The notes under the pieces are model-generated. The model did not search any database. It was not told the origin of the DNA and saw only the letters and a list, made by a program, of their open reading frames with translations. 64,000 bases of DNA from Candidatus Multivoradales bacterium. GTDB taxonomy: Bacteria; Acidobacteriota; Thermoanaerobaculia; Multivoradales; J023. Made by a program: the position numbers and the translations under genes. The stretch is from positions 192,001 through 256,000 of the forward strand of contig CBDFLE010000006.1 of NCBI GenBank assembly GCA_965248925.1, in the 5' to 3' direction. Positions 18,747 to 28,332 of this stretch are shown piece by piece. How positions within the stretch are numbered: position 1 is the first letter of the stretch; each line of letters starts with the position of its first letter.

Positions 18747-19880
18747 TCAACGCCACCGGCGAATTTCAAAGTAATAGCTCGCCAGCGGTTCTGCCCCAGG
18801 CTGGGACGATAGCTCGACGGTGTAGCGGCCCGCAGCCAGGCGGGAGGATGGCACCAGCAACACATGGCCCTCGGCACCATCATCGCGGCGCAGGCCATTC
18901 AGACTCCACAACCGCTCGCCGGCGGGGCCGTCAAGGGCGAGGATGGACTCCTCGGCAATGACCTCGTGGTCGGCGCGCAACACCAACACCAATTGGCCGC
19001 GGTAGTCGCTGCGCAGCTCGACAGTCGGCGGCGAGCTTTCACCATCGATCGAGGTCGGCTCTAATACCAGCAGCGGCCCCCCCTGGCGAAGCTCGAAAGC
19101 ACCGCGAGAGGCTAGAAGGTGATCGGCCGCCGTCAACCGAGTTTCGGCATCCTCAGCGCGGCCGACCAGCTGCAATCTTTCGGCATTGAGCTGCTCGACC
19201 TGTTGCGCGAGGCCAAAGCTGCCCCCTATTTGCTGCCGCAACTCCTGGAACGTGGCTAAAAAACCGCCAGCAAACGCCAGGCCCAAGAGCGTGGCAACAA
19301 TCGCCCACCAACTAATGGCGCGATCCGAGCCAGGACTGGAATCGCTGGAATTTGCCGAGACGAACAGAGAAGAGGCAGATTCTTCGGTGGCTTCCGCCCT
19401 GCCCTCTAGAGATAGTGGGACTGCTGCTACCACCGCCGTTCCGACGACTGGCTGGCGGGCCAGCTCCAGGGCGTTCACGCACAGCGGACAGCTGATCAGA
19501 TGATCGGTGATCAGCTCACGTTCGACCAGCCCCATGGAAATGTTGTCGGCAAAGTCGATCAGTTGATCGACTGGCGGGTGGAGAGCAGCACCACTCAGCG
19601 CCTGCTCCGCGCCCACTTCCTGTCTTCGCCAGCGGGCGATCGAACGACCGCGGACAATCCGCGCCACATAGGGCTCGAGGGCCTCTTCGCCCAGAAAACG
19701 GCCGCGCTGGAGTCTGTTGGCGAGTTCTGAGTGGGCTTCCGCCACGACTTCTGACCAATGCCCACCCAAGCAATCGCGAAACGGCGCCGCCCACTTCTCC
19801 ACCCAATCACCCACCTGCCGCTGGGCAGCGGCCTCGCCGCTGAGGTAACCAACGATCAGCCGCTCGGCAAGTTGAGCCAT
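18747..19880 (-). CDS. Chimeric membrane protein: ECF sigma region 2-like domain + zf-HC2 anti-sigma + TM + C-terminal domain
   Basis: N-terminus aligns by eye with the sigma factor at 35204-35860. HLISCPLC zinc motif. TM WWAIVATLLGLAFAGGFL. AAGGAGG RBS. Confidence 0.7.
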   Translation of the reverse strand: MAQLAERLIVGYLSGEAAAQRQVGDWVEKWAAPFRDCLGGHWSEVVAEAHSELANRLQRGRFLGEEALEPYVARIVRGRSIARWRRQEVGAEQALSGAALHPPVDQLIDFADNISMGLVERELITDHLISCPLCVNALELARQPVVGTAVVAAVPLSLEGRAEATEESASSLFVSANSSDSSPGSDRAISWWAIVATLLGLAFAGGFLATFQELRQQIGGSFGLAQQVEQLNAERLQLVGRAEDAETRLTAADHLLASRGAFELRQGGPLLVLEPTSIDGESSPPTVELRSDYRGQLVLVLRADHEVIAEESILALDGPAGERLWSLNGLRRDDGAEGHVLLVPSSRLAAGRYTVELSSQPGAEPLASYYFEIRRWR

Positions 19881-19959
19881 CGCTCCTCCTTCGCGCTACC
19901 GATCGTTGGCTTGCTTTGGCAACAGGTCGTCAACCGCCTCTCCTTCTCTCTGCTGTCGT

Positions 19960-22900
19960 TCACCGAGGCCCTTTGGCTTCAGCGCGAGCCCGGCGCTCCG
20001 CGTCCCGGCGTCCACGGTAGCTGGCGGCAAAGAGACGCCCTCCCACCGTCACCGGCTGCGGCTCGCCCAGGTTGCTCTTTTGCCGGTTGCCCGACAGCTG
20101 TTCGCGCAGGTCGTCTAGGCGTGCGCCCAACGCCCGCGCCGCGCCTTCCAACTCGCCGTCGTCTAGGGCCGCTCTAGCCATCGTCTGCTGGAGGGCCTTG
20201 AGCCGCTCTGTAGTTTCGTCGATAGCCGCGGTGGTGCCGGTGAAGATGCGTTGCAGCTCCCCCAGCTGGACCCGGAAAGCAGCCGCGGTGGCCTTATCCG
20301 AACCCGGCAATGAAGGCTCGCCGAGGGGCTTCAGGGTAAGACTGCGACGCTCACCAAGTTCGCTCAGCTGGCCCTCGACCCGCTGCGCCAAAGAGACCGA
20401 GTAAGTGCCGGGCGCGACCAGGAAACCGCCGCCGCCGGGGCCATCGTCGGGTCCGTCAGCACTCCACGCGGCAAGCGACGGGTACCGCAAATCCCAGGCC
20501 ACCCGATGGAAACCCTTGCCCACCGGCCCCTCAAGGCGCCGCACCGTCTGCCCGTTCGAGTCTCGCACCGTCAGCACGATCTGCGGCTCTTCTTCGCGAG
20601 CCTCACGGCGTAGCTCGTCCCAGCCCGGGTAAGGGGTGTTGCCACCCTCCTTGGCGATCTCGCCTTCGGCCTGACGCCGACGGTCGGCCCTGCTGTCGAA
20701 ACCGTCGCGCAGGTAGTAGGTGAAAACCGCGCCAAAAGGCGGGTTGGGCGCGGTGAAGAAGGCACTTCCTTGAGCGGCCTTCTCACCACCTCCAAGCGGC
20801 TGGCGCTCGACGTACCACCAGGGGCGCACCGCGAACAGCTCTGCTTCGCTGGCCAGCAGCTCTTCGGACAGGCCACGCAACGGGCTGTAGTCGTCGAAAA
20901 CGTAGAAACCGCGGCCAAACGAGGCCCCTACCAAATCGCTCTCCCGGCGCTGGATGGCCAAGTCGCGGAATGAGATCTGCGGCACCCCGCCAGTAAGTTT
21001 CAACCAATGAGCCCCCGCATCGACGGTGACGAAAATACCGTCTTCGGTGGCGGCGAATAACAGCTCGGGATCGACATGATCTTGCACCAGCCGCCACACC
21101 AGGTGGCGCTCGGGCAAGTCGCCGACGATCGACTGCCAACTGCGGCCACGGTCGGTGCTGCGCAGCAGGTAGGGCGCGAAATCACCCTGCTTGTGGTTGT
21201 CGAGAGCCACATAGACCGTGTCGGCGTCGAACAAATCGGCCTTGAGGTCATTGACGAAAGCCCGCTCGGGCACTCCGGGCAGAACCGCCGCCTGGCGCCA
21301 GCCGGTGCCACCGTCCGCGCTCACTTGGATCAAACCATCGTCGCTGCCGGCATAGAGTAAACCCTCGAATCGCGGCGACTCGGCCACGGAAGTGATGTTG
21401 CCGTAGTTGGACATCGCCCACAGATCCCACAGCGAGTCGTAGCTCCACACCCGACCCATGATCGGCTGCAGCAAGCGATCTTCAGCCCGCGACAGGTCCG
21501 CCGAAATCGGCTTCCACGAGTCGCCACGGTCGTCGCTGCGCCACAGCCGCTGGCTAGCAAAATAGAGTCGCGCCGGATTGTGGGGGCTGATCAAGACCGG
21601 CGAATCCCAATTCCAGCGCTCCGCCGGCCCGCCCTGCTCGGGCTGGGGCTGAATGTAAACTGTCTCGCCCGTCTTACGATCGTGACGCACCAAGTTTCCT
21701 TGCTGCCATTGGGCATAGACGATGTCTGCATTGGACGGGTCCACCGCTGGCTGGTGGCCGTCGCCGAACAGGGCGACAAACCAATCAGAGTTACGAATAC
21801 CGTGCGCGTTGGTGGTGCGCGACGGACCTCCCTGAGTGTTGTTGTCCTGAGTGCCGCCATAGATAGTGTAGAAGGGCGTCTTGCTATCGAGCGCCAATTT
21901 GTAGAACTGGGTCACCGGCAGGTTGTCGACAAAGCGCCAATGGGCGCCCTGATCCCAGGTCTCGTAGAGACCGCCATCGCTGCCCGACAGCAGGTAGTTC
22001 GGATCGTTGGCATCGAATGCCAGGGCATGGTTGTCGCTATGCTTGTGCTCCTCAGACATACGCACGAAGGTCTTGCCGCCATCATCGCTAACATGCATCC
22101 ACACGTCCATCTGGTAGATGCGGTCGAGTTGGTGTGGGCTGGCGAAAATCTCCTGGTAGTAGTGCGGACCGGTGCCACCGGAGAGGTAGTCGCTGCGCTT
22201 CTCCCAAGTCCCACCCGCGTCGGCCGAGCGCCAGAAGCCGCCCTCGCGGTGGGCTAGCTCGATGGTGGCGTAGACCACGTCCGGGTTCTGTGGCGAGATC
22301 GCCAGGCCGATACGCCCCTTATCCTCTGGCGGCAGCCCAGACTCCAACTGACGCCAGCTGGCGCCACCGTCGGTGGATTTGTGGATAGCACTCTCCGGCC
22401 CGCCGTTGACCAACACCCCGACACTGCGCTGGCGTTGGTGGGAGGAGGCGTAGAGCACGTCGGCATCGCGGGGATCGAAGATCACGTCGTTGACCCCGGT
22501 CCACTGACCGGCGGCGAGAATCTGCTGCCAGGTAGCACCGCCATCGGTGGTCTTGTATAGCCCCCGGTCGCCACCGCCGGACCACAAGGGCCCTTGGGCG
22601 GCGACATGGACCACCTGCGAATCGCCGGGATCAACCAGGATCTTGCCGATGTGCTCGCTTGAGCCAAGGCCCATGTTCTGCCAACTGGCGCCCCCATCGA
22701 GACTCTTGTAGACCCCATCGCCAAAGCCCACATGGCGCCCGCCGACATTCTCGCCGGTACCCACCCACACTACTTCCGGATGCCCCGGATCGATGGTCAA
22801 ACAGCCGATCGAGTAAGAGCCCTCGCGGTCGAAGATCGGCTGCCAGGTGGTACCGGCATTGGTGGTCTTCCACACTCCACCGGAGCCCACCGCCACCAGC

Positions 22901-23121
22901 CAGGTGCTTTGGTGGCGGGGATGGATGGCGATGTCGGCAATCCGCCCCGACATCAACGCCGGACCGATCGAGCGCAGCTCAAGGCCGCTCAGAGTCTCAG
23001 AACTGAGCCGCGAGTCCGCCGCTTCGGCAGCTTCCGCGACAGGTTTCTTCTTCGCTCCCGCCGGCAACACCAGCAGCAGGGCGAAAAGGCTCCATACAGT
23101 GACAAATCTCGGTGAACGCAT
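19960..23121 (-). CDS. Secreted VPS10/sortilin-like BNR (Asp-box) repeat protein
   Basis: Many S/T-x-D-G-G-x-x-W Asp-boxes, RSIGPALMSGRIAD and a signal peptide. ATG 23121 with GAGGAG. C-terminus looks truncated. Confidence 0.9.
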   Translation of the reverse strand: MRSPRFVTVWSLFALLLVLPAGAKKKPVAEAAEAADSRLSSETLSGLELRSIGPALMSGRIADIAIHPRHQSTWLVAVGSGGVWKTTNAGTTWQPIFDREGSYSIGCLTIDPGHPEVVWVGTGENVGGRHVGFGDGVYKSLDGGASWQNMGLGSSEHIGKILVDPGDSQVVHVAAQGPLWSGGGDRGLYKTTDGGATWQQILAAGQWTGVNDVIFDPRDADVLYASSHQRQRSVGVLVNGGPESAIHKSTDGGASWRQLESGLPPEDKGRIGLAISPQNPDVVYATIELAHREGGFWRSADAGGTWEKRSDYLSGGTGPHYYQEIFASPHQLDRIYQMDVWMHVSDDGGKTFVRMSEEHKHSDNHALAFDANDPNYLLSGSDGGLYETWDQGAHWRFVDNLPVTQFYKLALDSKTPFYTIYGGTQDNNTQGGPSRTTNAHGIRNSDWFVALFGDGHQPAVDPSNADIVYAQWQQGNLVRHDRKTGETVYIQPQPEQGGPAERWNWDSPVLISPHNPARLYFASQRLWRSDDRGDSWKPISADLSRAEDRLLQPIMGRVWSYDSLWDLWAMSNYGNITSVAESPRFEGLLYAGSDDGLIQVSADGGTGWRQAAVLPGVPERAFVNDLKADLFDADTVYVALDNHKQGDFAPYLLRSTDRGRSWQSIVGDLPERHLVWRLVQDHVDPELLFAATEDGIFVTVDAGAHWLKLTGGVPQISFRDLAIQRRESDLVGASFGRGFYVFDDYSPLRGLSEELLASEAELFAVRPWWYVERQPLGGGEKAAQGSAFFTAPNPPFGAVFTYYLRDGFDSRADRRRQAEGEIAKEGGNTPYPGWDELRREAREEEPQIVLTVRDSNGQTVRRLEGPVGKGFHRVAWDLRYPSLAAWSADGPDDGPGGGGFLVAPGTYSVSLAQRVEGQLSELGERRSLTLKPLGEPSLPGSDKATAAAFRVQLGELQRIFTGTTAAIDETTERLKALQQTMARAALDDGELEGAARALGARLDDLREQLSGNRQKSNLGEPQPVTVGGRLFAASYRGRRDAERRARAEAKGPR

Positions 23122-23224
23122 GCCTTGATCTCCTCGGTCGGCGGGAGGAGAAAAATAGCACGCCTGAGGCCACCCAACGCCATTGAGATAGCCAGCCCAG
23201 AGGGATGGTCGAGCTGGTGAATGG

Positions 23225-23335
23225 TACCTGCTTACCACCGCGCTCGGCACACTCCGTCTCGCCACCTTTGGCAACTCGCCGCAGTCGCTGAACGAAGCGG
23301 TTTTTCGCCTCTGTGGAGTTCACCACGTTGGGCAT
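23225..23335 (-). pseudogene. Phd/YefM-type antitoxin remnant
   Basis: AGGAG RBS, then MPNVVNSTEAKNRFVQRLRRVAKGGETECAERGGKQV, matching the Phd N-terminal pattern (EAKxxF...GE.....R.GK.V). Similarity is lost afterwards and no toxin follows. Confidence 0.6.
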
Positions 23336-23420
23336 GTCTGAACTCCTACGTTAGTGAATCTCCAGTAATCGATCGATCGACCGATCGATTGGCTGTTCGC
23401 AGCCTGGGCCAATCAATCCT

Positions 23421-25472
23421 CTACCCCGGCACCGCCGCCAGCCCGCGCCGGTGCAGCAGCGGCTCGATGGCCGGTTCGGCGCCGCGGAAGCCGCGGTAGA
23501 GGTCTTCGGGCTCGGCGGTGCCGCCGGTCTCCAACACATGACGGCGGAGGGCGGCGGCGAGATCGGGGTGGAACAGGTCGCCGCTGTCTTTGAAGGCGGC
23601 AAAGCCATCGGCATCGAGCACCGCGGCCCAGATGTAGCTGTAGTAGCCAGCGGCGTAGCCACCGGCAAATATGTGGGCAAAATACGGACTGTGGTAGCGA
23701 ATCGGAATCGGTGGGATCAGCCCAAGTTGGCGGATCAGCTGCTGTTCGATCGCCTCGACCCGCGGTTCGGTGTCGGGATCTTCGAGGGTGTGCCAGGCGA
23801 GATCGAGGTAGGACGCCGCCAGGTACTCGGCGGTGGCAAAACCCTGGTTGTGCAAACGAGCTTGCTCTAGCTTGTCGATCAAACGCTGGGGAATCGGCTC
23901 TCCGCTTTGCCAGTGGCGAGCATAGCGCCGCATCACCACTGGCTCGGTGGCCCAGTTTTCGATCAGCTGAGAGGGAAACTCGACGAAATCCCGCGGCACG
24001 CTGGTGCCCGAGAAAATCGTGTAGGTGCTCTGCGCCAGCAATCCGTGCAAGGCATGGCCAAACTCGTGGAACAGGGTCTCGACCTCACCCAGGCCGAGCA
24101 GCGCCGGCTCCGCGGCGGTGGGGGGCGGAAAGTTGCACACGTTGACCACAATCGGACGGATGTTGCGACCCTCGACGATCTGCTGATCGCGGTAGACATC
24201 CATCCAAGCGCCAACCTTCTTGCCCGACCGTTGATGGTAGTCGGTGAGCAACAGGCCGAGGTGAGAGCCGTCGCGATCCTTGACTTCCCAAGCGCGGACT
24301 TCGGGATCATAGACCGGCACTTCGGGACGCTCTTCGAAGCTCAAGCCAAAGAGCAGTCCGGCAACTTCGAAAGCCCCCCGGCGCACGTTGTCGAGAGCGA
24401 AGTAGGGCCGCAACTCCTGCTCGTCGAGCTGATATCTCCGCTGCCGCACCTGATTGGCATAGAAGCGCCAATCCCACGGTTGCAGTTCGAAATCACCGCC
24501 CTCGGCGTCGATCAGTGCTTGCAGTTCGGCAGCCTCGGCACGGGCGCGGCCGATCGCCGCCGGCCACAGACGGTCGAGCAACTGGCGGACGCCTTCCGGG
24601 GTCTTGGCCATGCTCTCCTCCAGCACATAATGAGCGTGACTCGGATAGCCCAGAAGATGGGCGCGGCGCACCCGCAGGAGGGCCATCCGCTCGGCCACCG
24701 GTCGATTGTTGTGCTCCCCCCCGGCGCAGCGCTCGAGGTAGGCACGAAAGATGCGCTCGCGCAAGTCGCGCCGCTGGCAACTGCGCAAGAAAGGGGCCAG
24801 GCTGGGACCATGTAGGGTAAACACCCATTTGCCAGCCTGGCCACGACGGGTCGCCTCCTCAGCCGCCGCCGCCCGCGCCGTTGGCGGCAACCCCTGGAGA
24901 TCCGCCGAGTCGTCGAGCACCAGCTCAAAATCGTTCATCTCCTCCAGCAAGTGGTTGGCGAAGCGCACCGCCAGCTCGGAAAGCTCCCGGTGAATATCCT
25001 CCAAGCGCCGCTTGTCAGCCGCGCCAAGACGCGCCCCAGAGCGCACCAAACGTTTGTGGGTCTCTACCAGCAAACGCCGCTGCTCGGCACCCAGGTCGAG
25101 TTCGTCGCGAACTGTCCACACCGCCTCGATGCGCTCGAACAACTTGCTATTCAAGCGAATAGCGTCGCCATGGGTGGCTAGCAGCGGCGCTACTTGGCGA
25201 GCGGTTTCGCGCAGCTGTGGCCGGCTGTCAGCGGATCTGAGGTTGGTGAAGACATCGTGAACCCGCGCCAGCTGTTCGCCGCAGCGCTCCAGCGCCTCGA
25301 TGGTGTTGGCAAAGGTCGGCGCTTCGCTATTGTTGATGATCGCCGCGACTTCAGCGCGTTCGGCGGCCATCGCCGCCTGGTAAGCGGGCAAGAAATGGCG
25401 GTCACGTAAGCGCTCGAAAGGAGGCACACCAAAAGGGGTCTCGAAGGGGACTAGCAGGGGATTGTCGCTCAC
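23421..25472 (-). CDS. dcp: M3-family metallopeptidase (peptidyl-dipeptidase Dcp-like)
   Basis: HEFGHALH, RDFVEFPSQ, GYAAGYYSYIWA. NPLL start at GTG 25472. Confidence 0.92.
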   Translation of the reverse strand: MSDNPLLVPFETPFGVPPFERLRDRHFLPAYQAAMAAERAEVAAIINNSEAPTFANTIEALERCGEQLARVHDVFTNLRSADSRPQLRETARQVAPLLATHGDAIRLNSKLFERIEAVWTVRDELDLGAEQRRLLVETHKRLVRSGARLGAADKRRLEDIHRELSELAVRFANHLLEEMNDFELVLDDSADLQGLPPTARAAAAEEATRRGQAGKWVFTLHGPSLAPFLRSCQRRDLRERIFRAYLERCAGGEHNNRPVAERMALLRVRRAHLLGYPSHAHYVLEESMAKTPEGVRQLLDRLWPAAIGRARAEAAELQALIDAEGGDFELQPWDWRFYANQVRQRRYQLDEQELRPYFALDNVRRGAFEVAGLLFGLSFEERPEVPVYDPEVRAWEVKDRDGSHLGLLLTDYHQRSGKKVGAWMDVYRDQQIVEGRNIRPIVVNVCNFPPPTAAEPALLGLGEVETLFHEFGHALHGLLAQSTYTIFSGTSVPRDFVEFPSQLIENWATEPVVMRRYARHWQSGEPIPQRLIDKLEQARLHNQGFATAEYLAASYLDLAWHTLEDPDTEPRVEAIEQQLIRQLGLIPPIPIRYHSPYFAHIFAGGYAAGYYSYIWAAVLDADGFAAFKDSGDLFHPDLAAALRRHVLETGGTAEPEDLYRGFRGAEPAIEPLLHRRGLAAVPG

Positions 25473-25663
25473 ACTGGACCTCGGCTGGCTGGGATTGGGC
25501 AGAACGAGTGGCACGGTCGGCAAGGATGCTCCGCAGAGCAGCTGCACAGCATAGCCGATCAGCCGGCAGGAACCAGCGCGGCGAGGGTACCGACCCGCGA
25601 TGGCCTGGTGTCAACACCCTGAGGCACCGCGGATCAGCTGAGAAGACTGCTGAGGATCGCCCG

Positions 25664-26350
25664 CTAGCTCTCCCAACCACCGAGCTCACCTTGCCCGCCG
25701 CCCTCCCCGGGCGAGCACACTCCACTGCACTGGACATAGTGAAAGACGCCGCAACCGGGCGCTCCTGGGTTGCTACAACCGCCCGACTTGCAGACCTCCC
25801 CAGGCTCGCAGTTCCAGCGCTCATAGCCTGGTGCGCAATCGCATTTCTGCTCGGCACCGACCTCGTCGTTGTGCCCCACCCGACCGATCGATTCCGCCAC
25901 TGAGTCGGCAAAGTGGCCAAGCTCGACAAAGCCGATTTGAAAGGCCTGCTGGCCGAAAACCGGCTGAGCTCGTCGCCCCAACGCTTCGGCACGGGCCAGC
26001 TGGGCCGGACGCCGTTCGGCATCGAACCGAGAGGCGAAGAAGCTCGGACTGGCGAGCGCCGTCGCTTCGTCGATCAGCGCCCGCTCGGCGGTCTTCAGCC
26101 ACTGCCGGCCGGCGGCAAAGTGCGCCAGATGAGTGCGCCACATGCGACTCTGCACCGCCCCCGGTAGGGCGTTGACCACCCGTCCCCGAACCGCCGCCGG
26201 GAAAGCGGCCAGCTCTTCGTAGGTCGTCGGCGGTGGACCCAGCTCAGCCACTGAGGCTGGCGAGGCACAGCTCAGAGCGTTGTCCTCTGCCAGCAGGAAT
26301 GGGGTCGACAGTAGCCAGCAGACCAGCACGCCATGGATCGATCTCTTCAT
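25664..26350 (-). CDS. Bacteriocin fulvocin C-related precursor
   Basis: Signal peptide, conserved-looking prodomain (LAAFPAAVRGRVVNALP...MWRTHL) and 8-Cys C-terminal core CDC...C...C...C...GCG...CSGVC. ATG 26350 with GAGGAG. Confidence 0.75.
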   Translation of the reverse strand: MKRSIHGVLVCWLLSTPFLLAEDNALSCASPASVAELGPPPTTYEELAAFPAAVRGRVVNALPGAVQSRMWRTHLAHFAAGRQWLKTAERALIDEATALASPSFFASRFDAERRPAQLARAEALGRRAQPVFGQQAFQIGFVELGHFADSVAESIGRVGHNDEVGAEQKCDCAPGYERWNCEPGEVCKSGGCSNPGAPGCGVFHYVQCSGVCSPGEGGGQGELGGWES

Positions 26351-26478
26351 CACTATCTCCTCGGATTGACCAGCAGCCGCGGGCCGATATCTCGACCCGG
26401 GCCAGGAACGATTTGACAAGGCACCGAGCTCGGCGGCGAGGCCGAGCCCGGCGAGGTGGCAAAGGCGCGACCGGCCGC

Positions 26479-27435
26479 CTACATGGCGGCGGTGGCGAGG
26501 CGCAGCTCGTTGATCGCCCGGTCGACGTCGCGTTCGGCCTCGGGAGAAGAGCTGAAGGTCTCTTCGTAGGCCCGGAGTACGTCTGGATCGACATCCAGTA
26601 AAGCCTGTAGCTCGGGCCACAGAGCCAGGGCCTGCCGCGCCCCGTCGATCATCTTCTCGGCCGCCGCCATCGCCTCGGCCTGCCGCTCATCAGAGAGGTT
26701 GGCGCCCTCCAACTTCAGCTGCCCCTGCCAATCGTGATCGGCAACCAGGCTAGCCAGCAGGTTCATCTTGCCGAGAACCCGATGGGCGATACCCGGCTGG
26801 CGACTCACCGGCGCCTCGACCAACAACGAGAGCTTGTTGCTGGTTTGCCCGTTGACGGTCAGCACCACCGCCACCTCGCGCGGCAGCGGCCCATCCAGGC
26901 GCGGCACCACGGTGGTCAGCAGAGTGTGGGAACCTAGCGGCGAGAGCACCGCCGGCTGGCCATCGAAGGTCAGCTCCATCTCGTCTTGGTACCAGCTGAA
27001 ATGGGCACCCACCACCGACACGATGCGGCCGACCGGTGCCGCGCTGAGGCGCTGTCCTCCAGGCACCAACTCGGCACTCTCGCGGTCACGATCGACCGGC
27101 CCACCGGCGACGATGGCGGTGATCAGTGGCGGATCGGCCGGCGGTGGATCGGTGAAGGCATCCCACAACCCGGCACCCAGAGAAAGGGCACCGTAGCCCA
27201 AGGCGAGGCCGCCGGTGATCGGATTCGGGGCCACGGCGGTGATGATTCCGTGATTCAGGGCGGCGACACCCGACCCCAGCGAGACCGCTCGGGCGGTTTC
27301 GCTGGCGAAGGCCGATCCCGGCAGCAGGAGTGCTAGAACGAGTAGCAGCGCTACGATCTGATTCGCCCTCCTGGTTCGACATTGACCCGGCCTCCGGGCC
27401 GGCTGTTTCTGCTTTGGGTTCTGGCTCCATTTCAT
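26479..27435 (-). CDS. Secreted protein with a Gly-rich hydrophobic N-domain and an IPT/TIG-like domain
   Basis: Signal peptide ending AFA. GRIVSVVGAHF...TFDG...VVP...VNGQTSN matches the IPT/TIG pattern. Confidence 0.65.
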   Translation of the reverse strand: MKWSQNPKQKQPARRPGQCRTRRANQIVALLLVLALLLPGSAFASETARAVSLGSGVAALNHGIITAVAPNPITGGLALGYGALSLGAGLWDAFTDPPPADPPLITAIVAGGPVDRDRESAELVPGGQRLSAAPVGRIVSVVGAHFSWYQDEMELTFDGQPAVLSPLGSHTLLTTVVPRLDGPLPREVAVVLTVNGQTSNKLSLLVEAPVSRQPGIAHRVLGKMNLLASLVADHDWQGQLKLEGANLSDERQAEAMAAAEKMIDGARQALALWPELQALLDVDPDVLRAYEETFSSSPEAERDVDRAINELRLATAAM

Positions 27436-27702
27436 GACTCGATCTCCATCGTTTTCGGCCACTCATGACCCTCGCGGATCAGTGCCCGGTTTGGTTTTCG
27501 TTCTATACGCGGAAAGCGCCCCGAAAATGGCTCATCGAGCAGCCATCAAGTCACCTGCTATTCACCGCCAGGCGATTTGGTTGAGAAAGTCGTCAACGAA
27601 TGCAGCTCGGAGAGAGTAGAGCTGAGTAGGAAGAGCCCGCTACGAGCCGGCTAGCAAGTCGAGAAACGACACGAAACGCAGGAATTCGAGAGTCCACCCC
27701 CA

Positions 27703-28332
27703 TTGGTCGCCAAAACCCAGCCCCTTCGCCTAGCCCTGGTCGAAGGCCAATCAGCGCAAGCCGAGCAGACCCGAGCACGCCTTACCCACCGTGCCCAGGC
27801 CGGCGACCGGCCAGCGTTCGAGCAGCTGCTCGAGCGCCACGAACGGCAGGTCGCCAACACCGCCTGGCGTCTTCTCGGCCATCGCGAAGACACCCAGGAC
27901 GCCGCCCAAGAGGTTTTCCTGAGGCTGTTTCGCCACCTCGACACCATCGACCCGAATCGTGACCTGGCACCTTGGCTCTACCGGGTCACGGTCAACGTCT
28001 GTCGCGACGTCGCCCGGCGACGGCGGCGGCAACCCACCGATTCACTGCCCGCACCGGGGGCGCCAGAGCCTCGCCAGATGGCTGATCCGGCAGCGGATCC
28101 GGCCAGGCGGACTGCGGCTAGCGAAGAGCTCCGCATCGTCGAGCAAGGCTTGGCGACCCTCAGCCACAAGGAACGCTCGGCATTGGTCCTGCGCGACCTC
28201 GAGGGTCTGTCGACCCGCCAGGTGGCCAACATCTTGAGCTCTTCCGAGACCACCGTCCGCTCGCAGATCTGCCGTGCCCGGCTGAATCTCAAGCAGTTTC
28301 GCGACCGCCGGCTGAAGAGGAGATTCCGATGA
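27703..28332 (+). CDS. ECF sigma-70 factor
   Basis: GDRPAFEQL, DAAQEVFLR, WLYRVTVNVCRD, region 4 LVLRDLEGLSTRQVA. Start uncertain. Confidence 0.92.
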   Translation: MVAKTQPLRLALVEGQSAQAEQTRARLTHRAQAGDRPAFEQLLERHERQVANTAWRLLGHREDTQDAAQEVFLRLFRHLDTIDPNRDLAPWLYRVTVNVCRDVARRRRRQPTDSLPAPGAPEPRQMADPAADPARRTAASEELRIVEQGLATLSHKERSALVLRDLEGLSTRQVANILSSSETTVRSQICRARLNLKQFRDRRLKRRFR

